Assembly: GCA_026397175.1 (NCBI GenBank)
Contig: JAPLVK010000015.1
Span: forward strand, 4,996-68,995
Source: Candidatus Berkelbacteria bacterium
GTDB taxonomy: Bacteria > Patescibacteriota > UBA1384 > DTJR01
Direction: 5' to 3'
Length of the DNA: 64,000 nucleotides
Shown one piece after another: positions 1 through 7,830 of the stretch; the first letter of the stretch is position 1, and each line of letters begins with the position of its first letter. The translations under genes were made by a program, and so were the position numbers. Below the pieces are notes generated by a model. It had not been told where the DNA came from. It saw nothing but the letters and a program-made list of their open reading frames with translations, and searched no databases.

Positions 1-38
1 GAAAGGGCGTGGAGGTTCAAGTCCTCTCATCCGCACCA
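1..38 (+). tRNA. 3' fragment of a tRNA gene truncated by the window edge
   Basis: T-arm GGTTCAAGTCC, acceptor 3' strand and terminal CCA at 36-38; identity cannot be assigned. Confidence 0.5.
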
Positions 39-124
39 AGCAGAACTCCCGAAAGGGAGTTTCTGGTTTTTCTTGAAAAATCTTCTAGTTAAGGTATGAT
101 TAGAATACGAGGGAGGTGATAAAA

Positions 125-409
125 ATGGCAGAAGAAGAAACAGAAGAAAAAGTAGAAAAAAAAGAAGAAAAAATCGGCGAAGTCACCCATTTTTTCGACA
201 AAATTTCGGTGGCGATTATTAAGTTTGCTAAACCGCTAAAAGTCGGCGAAAAAATCAAGATTAAGGGAGCAACAACCGATTTTGAGCAAACGGTTGACTC
301 GATGCAGTTAGAGCACGAATCAATCGAGGCGGCAGAAGCGGGTCAAGAACTCGGTATCAAAACTACCGAGAAAACTCGCGAAGGCGACGAGGTTTATAAA
401 GCTGGTTAA
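125..409 (+). CDS. small acidic protein, EF-Tu domain-2-like (translation elongation factor-like) hypothetical
   Basis: RBS GGGAGG at 111-116, ATG at 125 (ORF track starts at GTG 116); C-terminal beta-barrel-like segment resembles small archaeal/CPR elongation-factor-like proteins (memory-based). Confidence 0.45.
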   Translation: MAEEETEEKVEKKEEKIGEVTHFFDKISVAIIKFAKPLKVGEKIKIKGATTDFEQTVDSMQLEHESIEAAEAGQELGIKTTEKTREGDEVYKAG

Positions 410-440
410 ATCTGTTTGGTTTATTCACCCCGTTAAACTT

Positions 441-515
441 GGCCGCTTAACTCAGCGGTAGAGTATCTCGTTTACATCGAGAGAGTCGCAGGTTCGAATC
501 CTGCAGCGGCCACCA
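441..515 (+). tRNA. tRNA-Val (anticodon TAC)
   Basis: Manual cloverleaf: acceptor GGCCGCT/AGCGGCC, D-stem ACTC/GAGT, anticodon stem TCTCG/CGAGA with loop TTTACAT, T-loop TTCGAAT, discriminator A, CCA. Confidence 0.85.
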
Positions 516-602
516 TTGAAATTTTCGCCTTCTGTTGTTATTCTTATTCTTGAATTTGACTTTTCGTTATACACTATACGCTATACTTTATACACTATTT
601 TT

Positions 603-677
603 GCCTGGGTAGCTCAGTGGTAGAGCACGGGTCTGAAAAACCCGGTGTCGTCAGTCCGATTCTGACCCCAGGCACCA
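603..677 (+). tRNA. tRNA-Phe (anticodon GAA); unusual T-loop TCCGATT (C at position 55)
   Basis: Acceptor GCCTGGG/CCCAGGC, D-stem GCTC/GAGC, anticodon stem CGGGT/ACCCG with loop CTGAAAA, T-stem GTCAG/CTGAC, discriminator A, CCA. Confidence 0.8.
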
Positions 678-830
678 TCGCGTATATCCTCTTCGCCACA
701 AGCGAAGGGAAACGCGATTTGGCTGGAGCGACTGGTCGATAACTTGAGAACAAGTCGTCAAGAATCGGAAGCCGGAGGCTGACGGGCCGAGGCGGGGTCG
801 AGGAATTCGCCAGCAGGCGAATATCCGTGA

Positions 831-852
831 CCGATTCTGACCCCAGGCACCA
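831..852 (+). repeat. exact 22-bp direct duplicate of the tRNA-Phe 3' end (CCGATTCTGACCCCAGGCACCA), att-like
   Basis: Identical to 656-677; preceding bases cannot form a T-stem, so it is not a second tRNA. Confidence 0.8.
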
Positions 853-981
853 CACTTCGTTCCTTCGGAGCTACGCGTGGCACGCTACCACTTACTAAAA
901 AGGCAGTTAGCTATATTGAGATAGAGCGAAGTGTGTCCCGCGAAGCTTTTGCGAAGTGGGACAAACCATTTGGGACATTCC

Positions 982-1392
982 ATGAACAAACTAATAACAT
1001 TTTTTTCTTGGCACAACCTCACAAGCAGTTTTTCCGAAGTCACAAGATATGCAAAATGGGAACTGCTGGTTTTGGGTATCTTGATAATCACAGGCATTTT
1101 TCTTTATTGGTTTTCAGAAAGAAAAAAAACCGCCAGATTTTACAAAAAATTTATCAAAAAAGTGGGTGACGCTTTAATCTATATTCCGGCGCTTCTAACT
1201 TTACTTGTTTTGGCGCAGTATCTCGAAGTAGATGGCATGGGTCTAAAAATATATTTTATTCTACCTTTGATGATATGGTTGATTTGGATTATTTTTCTGA
1301 TATACTATCGAATAGTTGTTATACCCAAACTATGGGATGAATATTTTAAAAGAAAACAAACGGAGAAATATCTAAAAAATGGCAAACGCTAA
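982..1392 (+). CDS. hypothetical small membrane protein
   Basis: ORF with hydrophobic helices; start set at the internal Met (MNKLITFF); no recognisable domain. Confidence 0.3.
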   Translation: MNKLITFFSWHNLTSSFSEVTRYAKWELLVLGILIITGIFLYWFSERKKTARFYKKFIKKVGDALIYIPALLTLLVLAQYLEVDGMGLKIYFILPLMIWLIWIIFLIYYRIVVIPKLWDEYFKRKQTEKYLKNGKR

Positions 1393-2491
1393 AACAATTT
1401 CCCTAATTAAAAAAGTCGCCGATAAAACCGACGCAAAAGATCAAAGTCCAATGGAAAATCTGGCCAACGAACTTGATCAGGACTTTATTCCTTTTGGAGC
1501 GGGCGATCCTGTCGAATGTACGGTTATTTCTACATCCAGCCATCGCATTTTATGTGATGTCGGCGGGCTGACATGCGGTTTTGTCCCGGAAAAAGAATTT
1601 TCTTTTGATACAAAAGAGTTAAAACCGGGCGACAGAGTGATCGCGGCCGTTATGTCCATGGAAGGCAAAGACGGTTTGGTTGTCTTGAGTTTGCGCCGAG
1701 CAGATCGCGAAAAACTTTGGGATACCCTAAAAGAGAAAATGGAGAATCACTCAACCTTGTCTGTAAAAGTTGCCAGCGCAAATCGCGGAGGTCTTATGGT
1801 TGATGCCGGTGGGCTTGCCGGTTTCTTGCCGGTTTCCCAACTCTCCGTTGAACATTACCCTAGAGTTGATGGTGGAGATCCAAGTCAAATTTTGTATAAA
1901 TTGAGAAAGCTAATGGGCGAAACGATGACCGTAAAAATTATCGCCGTTGATCGAAACGAAGAAAAGCTGATTTTTTCCGAAAAAGAAGCGGTCAGCGAAT
2001 CATTGGGCGGTGTTGATACATTGTTCGAAATCGGTGAACTTGTTGATGGAGTAATTTCTGGCATTGCGCCGTTTGGCCTTTTTGTCAGTTTAAAATCAAT
2101 CGAAGGTCTGGTGCATATTTCCGAGGTCTCGTGGGATCATATAAGCGACTTAAACAAACTCTTTAAAGTTGGTCAAAAGATTAAAGCAAAGGTTGTAAAA
2201 ATTGAAAACGGAAAGGTCTCCCTGTCGATAAAACGACTTTCCGACGATCCGTGGCTTGAACACATGAAAAATCTTAAAGTTGGAGAAACTCTTGAAGGCG
2301 AAGTTGGAAAAGTTACGGCTTATGGCGCATTTGTTAAATTGCCGGATGGCCTTGAGGGACTGGTTCATACATCAACCGCCAGTGGCGATATCGAAAAAAT
2401 TAAAAACCTTAAGGTTGCAGAGAAACATCAATTTGAAGTTATTGAACTAAAGCCCGAAGCCCGAAGAATCGGTTTGCGACTAGTTAAATAA
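1379..2491 (+). CDS. rpsA: S1 RNA-binding domain protein (ribosomal protein S1-like, four S1 repeats)
   Basis: Repeated S1-type motifs (GxxVxGxV...G.FV.L..G..GL.H.SE.S). Confidence 0.75.
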   Translation: MANAKTISLIKKVADKTDAKDQSPMENLANELDQDFIPFGAGDPVECTVISTSSHRILCDVGGLTCGFVPEKEFSFDTKELKPGDRVIAAVMSMEGKDGLVVLSLRRADREKLWDTLKEKMENHSTLSVKVASANRGGLMVDAGGLAGFLPVSQLSVEHYPRVDGGDPSQILYKLRKLMGETMTVKIIAVDRNEEKLIFSEKEAVSESLGGVDTLFEIGELVDGVISGIAPFGLFVSLKSIEGLVHISEVSWDHISDLNKLFKVGQKIKAKVVKIENGKVSLSIKRLSDDPWLEHMKNLKVGETLEGEVGKVTAYGAFVKLPDGLEGLVHTSTASGDIEKIKNLKVAEKHQFEVIELKPEARRIGLRLVK

Positions 2492-2661
2492 ACAAATCTT
2501 CTTGCATATTTTAAATTTATCTTGTTTTATGATTGTTTTTATAAAGCAGAACTTCTGATTTTTTAAATCAGGGCCCTGCTTTATAGCAAGGACATTGACA
2601 ATACCATCTCGAAAGGGTGATAACTTTGCGGAGAGCAACACTTTGCGCCGTTTTGATTGTG

Positions 2662-4401
2662 ATGGCGATGACGATCCCGATCTCTTCCGAAGGGAAAGGA
2701 CCGACCAATGTGGTAGTGCTGATGCATATCCACTCGGTCTTCTCCGATGGGAATCGCCTCATCTCTGAACTAGTAGAGCTAGCCAGAGGTTGGGGTGCCC
2801 GATTTATTGTCTCGACCGACCACACAGAAGAGATTCGCGAAACACAGAATGTGTATGATCGCTTTCGTCTTTCCGCTTTAGGCATTCATATCGTTCGCGA
2901 TCCCAAGCCGCACTCCGTTGATGAATGGGTTAAGGTGATGGGCAACCTGGGCGTCGTCAACGGAACAGAGTTCGGTCTCGGGTACAGGAGAAGCAGTCAT
3001 CTGCTTTATGTCTGCTCCCGTCGCGATACGATGCTACCGACCTACCAGTCGTTGGTTGACATCGCCGAAACCTACGGGGAATCCAATCCTATCCTGGCCA
3101 TCGAGAAGATCGAGGACTTAGCGGTTCAAAATGATGCGGTTTTGGTCTTGGCTCACCCGTTTAGCTTCCTCTGTTCCTTTACCCAGCGACTGACCCCAAG
3201 GGTCGGTTTAAGGGTGGGTGTGGAGTTTCTCAACTCATCGTACCGGAAAAACGACAAGACCTTTGACCTGTTGTGCAAAATCCAGCAGGATTTTCCGGAT
3301 TGCCCCGCTATCGCTACGGGCGGTTGCGACTATCACGGTGATCTCATCAGCACAGCAGCCGAAGTGGCTTTGAGCTCCCCGGCATCAGTTGCAGATGTCT
3401 ATGGTGATGTCTACGAGCCGCCGACAAGCCGATTCACGATCGTGCAGGCGCTTTCTGTTAGTTCGGATGGAGTTGCCGAAGCCATCCGTAATGGGTGGTG
3501 TTATGCGGCATACAAATCCGCCCGGATAGTGGAAGCGACCTGTTGGCCCGGCCGGAAATACACTCCGAACGATGGACCTTTCCGCCTGAAGTTCTCCGGA
3601 TTTACCTTGAATCGCCATACCATAAGGGTTGCTGCGGTCTCCCGCAAAACCCATCAGCTTATCGCCAAGGGCAAGGGAACGATGACCTCCGATGTCTTCG
3701 CGTTCAACTTGCGTGACTTCCTAGAACCGGACAAAAACGGGAATGACGGCTGGTGGCTCTTGATCGGAACCGACGAGGTTGTGCTTTCTGCTATGGAAAT
3801 CATGCTGTTTCCCAAGCCCAAGCCGCCACAGCAGGTAGCACAAAAAGACGACGGCAATGATGTGTTGAGGAATATCCTCGAGGCACTTGCGGGGGCATTG
3901 CTCGAAGATGCGCTATCCGGTGGCGGGGGAGGCGGCAGTAAACCATCTCCCCAAAACCCCCAGCCAGGGCCCAATCCTACCAGTTCGAGCCAAGGCCTCG
4001 GACATTTTCGAGGCAGTGTTAAGTACTATGGGGGAAGCGGCCAACAGGATGTCGTCGGAGATGTTGTCGAGACCGGATTCACAAACGGGGTTTACAACAT
4101 CCGCCTGACGATCGAATTCCCGGGACAGCCCGCCTGCACCCGGTCTTACAATCTCAAGCTCGCACACAACGAGACATGGGAGGTTCGTGGGGCCGAAACG
4201 ATTGTCTTCAACGCCGGCAAAGGTGAAATATGTGATGTCGGCATTGTCTCCCTTACCAGGGGGTCGGTAAGACCCAACGAGGATGGCTACCAATTGAATC
4301 TGGACAGTATCCTCGAGCGAGGGCATCGCGGCACCCCCGCTGGCGGCCTGTACGCCCTGCCCGCCTGTAGGTTGATTGATCTGTACAGACAAGGGAGGTA
4401 A
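2662..4401 (+). CDS. PHP-domain (polymerase/histidinol phosphatase-like) protein with Gly/Pro-rich linker and C-terminal beta domain; high-GC gene
   Basis: HIHSVFSDG PHP motif near the N-terminus; promoter-like TTGACA-N17-TGATAACT at 2591-2623. ORF track starts at GTG 2617 overlapping the -10, so the first ATG (2662) is preferred. GC visibly about 55% versus about 38% in the flanks. Confidence 0.65.
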   Translation: MAMTIPISSEGKGPTNVVVLMHIHSVFSDGNRLISELVELARGWGARFIVSTDHTEEIRETQNVYDRFRLSALGIHIVRDPKPHSVDEWVKVMGNLGVVNGTEFGLGYRRSSHLLYVCSRRDTMLPTYQSLVDIAETYGESNPILAIEKIEDLAVQNDAVLVLAHPFSFLCSFTQRLTPRVGLRVGVEFLNSSYRKNDKTFDLLCKIQQDFPDCPAIATGGCDYHGDLISTAAEVALSSPASVADVYGDVYEPPTSRFTIVQALSVSSDGVAEAIRNGWCYAAYKSARIVEATCWPGRKYTPNDGPFRLKFSGFTLNRHTIRVAAVSRKTHQLIAKGKGTMTSDVFAFNLRDFLEPDKNGNDGWWLLIGTDEVVLSAMEIMLFPKPKPPQQVAQKDDGNDVLRNILEALAGALLEDALSGGGGGGSKPSPQNPQPGPNPTSSSQGLGHFRGSVKYYGGSGQQDVVGDVVETGFTNGVYNIRLTIEFPGQPACTRSYNLKLAHNETWEVRGAETIVFNAGKGEICDVGIVSLTRGSVRPNEDGYQLNLDSILERGHRGTPAGGLYALPACRLIDLYRQGR

Positions 4402-4415
4402 TCAACATCAAACAC

Positions 4416-4439
4416 AAGGGGCCCCGCGAGGGGCCCCTT
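4416..4439. terminator. GC-rich perfect stem-loop AAGGGGCCCC-GCGA-GGGGCCCCTT after the PHP gene
   Basis: 10-bp perfect GC stem; weak U tract. Confidence 0.5.
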
Positions 4440-4506
4440 AAAAATCAAAATTGAAATCCATCTTCTTCTGTGGTACATTTATATTCTTAAATAAAAAGGA
4501 GGAAAG

Positions 4507-4989
4507 GTGCAATTTTCAAAAAATAAAGATAATCAGCTCGAGATCAAAACCAAACAAGCACTCATTCTTTTGGATGATATTGTCAAAATTAATGATGTTG
4601 ATCTGGAAGGTCCAGGCGAATACGAAATCGGAGAAATATCGGTTGACGGCTTGGACGATGATGTTTACATTATTCAAGCCGAAGAAATTCCAGTTGGTAT
4701 TGTTAATTTTAAGTGTAAGATTTCCAAAGAAAGTGTCGAGAAGCTTTCCAATGTAGGTCTCTTGGTTGCGCAGCTGGATGGTGACATCGAGAATGCAATC
4801 GAGCAAGTTGGTCAAATCGAACCTAACATTGTTTTTTATGTTGGCGAAGCAAGTTCCGCAGATAAATTAAAGGCAGGCGGAGTAACTTGCGATACGGTTG
4901 AATCCATAAAAATTCAAAAAAACGATATCGACACCGACCAAAAAGCATATTTTATCCAGGCCTCACATGCTGAATGCAAAAAAAGCTAA
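4507..4989 (+). CDS. hypothetical acidic protein
   Basis: GTG start with AGGAGG RBS at 4496-4501. Confidence 0.45.
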   Translation: MQFSKNKDNQLEIKTKQALILLDDIVKINDVDLEGPGEYEIGEISVDGLDDDVYIIQAEEIPVGIVNFKCKISKESVEKLSNVGLLVAQLDGDIENAIEQVGQIEPNIVFYVGEASSADKLKAGGVTCDTVESIKIQKNDIDTDQKAYFIQASHAECKKS

Positions 4990-5908
4990 AGAACTATTCG
5001 AGAAAAATCAAAAGATCCTAGTCGTTTTGCATCAATTTCCCGATGGTGACACAATCTCATCTTCTCTTGCTCTTTCGGTCTATCTAAAACGGCAGGGAAA
5101 AAAGGTTGACTTGGCGGTTAAAGAAGAAATTCCCGAGGTCTTTCATTTTCTTACCAATGGCATAAAAATTCGAGACGATTTTCTGCTTGGCGATTACGAC
5201 CTTATTATTGCAGTTGATTGCGGTGATGCGCAGCGCACCGGTTTTCCCGCTCGACTCGAGCAAATTAGCCGCATTAAACCGCTAATTAATATTGATCATC
5301 ATCTTAAAAATTCCCTTCATAAAATCGCAACGCTCAATATGATAGATACAGAGGCCTCGGCGGCTGCGGAAATTGTTTGGGATTTATTAAATTATCTTGA
5401 AGCGGAAATTGACTCGAAAATCGCCACATATATTTTAGCTGGAATTTATTATGATACGGGTGGCTTTCAGCATGCCAATGTAACCGCAAAGACATTGAAA
5501 ATTGCCTCACAGTGTTTGCGCCGTGGCGGTAGAATCGGTCTAATATCTAAAAATAATATCACCTCAAAGTCACCGTCAGGATTAAAATTGTGGGGAATTG
5601 CTCTTAATCGTGTGAGAATTAATGCAAACGGAATCGTTTCAACATATATCACCTTAAACGACATTAAAAAAAGTGGAGCAAAATCCGATGATACTTCCGG
5701 AATTGTGAATTTGATTAATACGATTCCTAATTCAAAGATCGCGATCTTGTTTGTTGAGACACCTGATGGTACAATAAAAACCAGCTTGCGGACCGAGAGA
5801 AACGACATTGATGTTTCTGTTTTGGCGCGGCTTTTTGGCGGCGGAGGCCACAAAAAAGCCGCCGGATTTACACTCGAGAGTAACTTGAAATCTAAAATTA
5901 TGGCCTAG
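4967..5908 (+). CDS. nrnA: DHH/DHHA1 phosphoesterase (NrnA-like oligoribonuclease/pAp phosphatase)
   Basis: DGD...DHH (INIDHH) and DHHA1 GGGGH motifs. Confidence 0.8.
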   Translation: MLNAKKAKELFEKNQKILVVLHQFPDGDTISSSLALSVYLKRQGKKVDLAVKEEIPEVFHFLTNGIKIRDDFLLGDYDLIIAVDCGDAQRTGFPARLEQISRIKPLINIDHHLKNSLHKIATLNMIDTEASAAAEIVWDLLNYLEAEIDSKIATYILAGIYYDTGGFQHANVTAKTLKIASQCLRRGGRIGLISKNNITSKSPSGLKLWGIALNRVRINANGIVSTYITLNDIKKSGAKSDDTSGIVNLINTIPNSKIAILFVETPDGTIKTSLRTERNDIDVSVLARLFGGGGHKKAAGFTLESNLKSKIMA

Positions 5909-5995
5909 CCCGAATGGCGCCTGCCTGCCGGTAGGCAGGGAATTGGCCTGCCCGCCGATGCTACGCAAAGCGCTGCAGGCAGGCGGAATTGGCAA
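5908..5995. repeat. GC-rich intergenic block: duplicated tRNA-Leu 5' fragments (GCCCGAATGGCG...GAATTGG and GGCGGAATTGG) interrupted by palindrome CCTGCCTGCCGGTAGGCAGG
   Basis: Matches the first 19 nt of tRNA-Leu at 6517 with a 20-bp palindromic insert; the same palindrome recurs at 26876 and 54016. Confidence 0.6.
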
Positions 5996-6044
5996 ACTTG
6001 TTTTATATATTGACCGTGCCTATTCCATATTGTAAGATTACTAT

Positions 6045-6563
6045 ATGCCAAGAGCTCGACGGTGGACTATAGAACAATTAAAAAAAGCGGTGAAAGAAGC
6101 TCGTAGCAAGCGAGGGGTTTTGATTGTACTTGGATTGAGGCCTACCGGTGGTAATTACAAACAACTTGAAAAATATATTAATGAATTAAATTTAGATACG
6201 ACTCATTTTTTGGGTAAGGGGTGGAATAAGGGATTGCAGTTCTGTCCGAAGCCGGCAATTCCAATCACTGAAATTTTAAAGAAAGATTCAGATTTTCAAT
6301 CTTATAAGCTAAAGAAACGATTATTCAAAGAAGGTTTAAAAAAAGAGAGATGTGAAGAGTGTGGTTGGGCGAAGTATTCTAGTGATGGGAGATTGCCTCT
6401 TGAATTAAATCATAAGAATGGGAATTCCGGAGACAATCGCATCGATAATCTAGAAATTCTTTGCCCAAATTGTCACAGTTTGAGGCCACATTATAGGGGG
6501 AGCAAGTTAAAAAAATGCCCGAATGGCGGAATTGGTATACGCGCATCACTTAAAATGATGTGA
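6045..6563 (+). CDS. HNH endonuclease (homing-endonuclease-like)
   Basis: ELNHKNGNSGDNRIDNLEILCPNCH HNH motif plus a CxxC pair; the 3' end runs into tRNA-Leu, so the true stop is uncertain. Confidence 0.65.
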   Translation: MPRARRWTIEQLKKAVKEARSKRGVLIVLGLRPTGGNYKQLEKYINELNLDTTHFLGKGWNKGLQFCPKPAIPITEILKKDSDFQSYKLKKRLFKEGLKKERCEECGWAKYSSDGRLPLELNHKNGNSGDNRIDNLEILCPNCHSLRPHYRGSKLKKCPNGGIGIRASLKMM

Positions 6564-6603
6564 CCGAAAGGTCTTGTCGGTTCGAGTCCGACTTCGGGCA
6601 CCA
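6517..6603 (+). tRNA. tRNA-Leu (anticodon TAA), long variable arm
   Basis: Acceptor GCCCGAA/TTCGGGC, anticodon stem CATCA/TGATG with loop CTTAAAA, variable hairpin GACCGAAAGGTC, T-loop TTCGAGT, CCA. Confidence 0.85.
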
Positions 6604-6714
6604 AAATCAAACTTTCCGTTTTTTTCCCGACCAATTCGGCGGCGCGAAGCGCCGAAATGTATGGCTGAACAGGGTTTCCGCGCGCTTCGCGCGCGTTCAA
6701 GTGGAGGTTCGAGC
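6599..6714. repeat. IR1-L (about 115 bp); inverted partner at 9519-9633, about 5 mismatches
   Basis: Reverse complement aligns base-by-base with 9519-9633; begins inside the tRNA-Leu 3' end and covers the recombinase C-terminal codons. Confidence 0.85.
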
Positions 6715-7830
6715 CAAAGATTTCTTTGGCAACAACCTTTTTTGCTAAAAGGTTGTTATCCCTTGCAATTTTAACGAGGGTTAAAGAGACTTTTATCCAA
6801 TTTTGAAACGGTTCGAGCCAATTATTTTGCTTTTGTTCAATCCGCGCCATTTGCTCATCAAGCGACTTCTTTTCCAAAAGAAGTTTTGTTTTTTGTTCGC
6901 GATAAATCTCTCTTTCAATATCTTGCTCTAAATAGCCGTCAAGAAGTCGCTGTAATTTTGTATTGATAGCGTGGATTTTGTTTTGAGCTTTTTGAACAAA
7001 AGCAAAACAGGATTGGGCGGACATTTCCTTGTCTCTTTCCGCCATTTCTAAAAGTTTGTCCGCCCACTTCTGGCTCAAAGAAACTCTTTGAATAAGAGCT
7101 GATAACTGCCGATCCAATTCCTCTTCGCGAATATATGGCTGAGTACATTTAATTTTCTTTTTTGAACAACGATAATAAATATGTCCTTTTTGTTTTTCGG
7201 CAGTTATCATCATTCCACATTCGGCGCACTCAATAAGTCCACAAAATGCTTGTGGCTCATTTTTTTGCTTGCGTTGTGTTTTGCCTCGTTGTTTCAAAAC
7301 TTCTTGCGCCGAATCAAAAAGTTTCTTTGAAATGATTGGCTCGTATTTTCCTTCGTGAAGTTCGCCATCATATTTGAATAGTCCAGTATAAAAAGGATTT
7401 GAAAGGATAAAAGTCACCCTCGTCTTGTGGATTTTCTTTCCGCCGCGGGAAAGTATCCCGCGTTGCGCCAAAAAGTTCGAAATATCCTCGAGGCGTGATG
7501 CGCCTTCGGCATACAGTTCAAATGCTTCTTTAGTGATTTTTGCTTTCTTTCTGTCTACCACAATGGTTTTGGTGCGCACATCGTTTATGTAGCCGATTGG
7601 CGCAAGGCTTGGATATTCGCCTCGTCTTACTTTTTGGCGCAAACCCCGCTTGGTGTTTTCGGAAAGAGAATCCACATAGTATTTGCTTTGCCCAAAAGCA
7701 ATGTTCAACATAAATTTTCCTTGCGGCGTTGGTTCAAACCAAAATTGAGGAAACTTCAACGCCACAATACGCCCGCAATCAATCAAATAAATTATTTGTC
7801 CGCCATCAACAGAATTGCGCGCCAATCTGT

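Larger units (their letters stand above)
6491..7830 (-). pseudogene. large serine recombinase, C-terminal about 445 codons, separated from its N-terminus by an IS110 insertion at 7830/7831
   Basis: Begins at the DRLARN motif, which continues from the N-terminal fragment at 9232-9474; recombinase-domain homology to the intact copy at 47585-49081; CxxC zinc-ribbon and coiled-coil C-terminus. Confidence 0.8.

Noticed and set aside
603-852. tmRNA hypothesis (tRNA-like 5' part ... 3' T-arm/acceptor/CCA)
   Set aside because: 603-677 is a complete canonical tRNA-Phe on its own, and the second 3'-end copy lacks a T-stem; no tag-peptide reading frame ending in ...AA-stop was found.
595-855. 86-aa minus-strand ORF across tRNA-Phe and its downstream spacer
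   Set aside because: Lies antisense over a canonical tRNA and a GC-rich hairpin region; no RBS; an artefact of GC-rich non-coding sequence.
3385-4392. Several 70-160-aa ORFs on both strands inside the PHP-domain gene
   Set aside because: Typical stop-codon-poor shadow ORFs of a high-GC coding region; low-complexity Pro/Gly/Ala translations.
6560-6774. Two 60-66-aa plus-strand ORFs inside IR1-L
   Set aside because: Arg/Phe-rich translations of repeat sequence antisense to the recombinase C-terminus.
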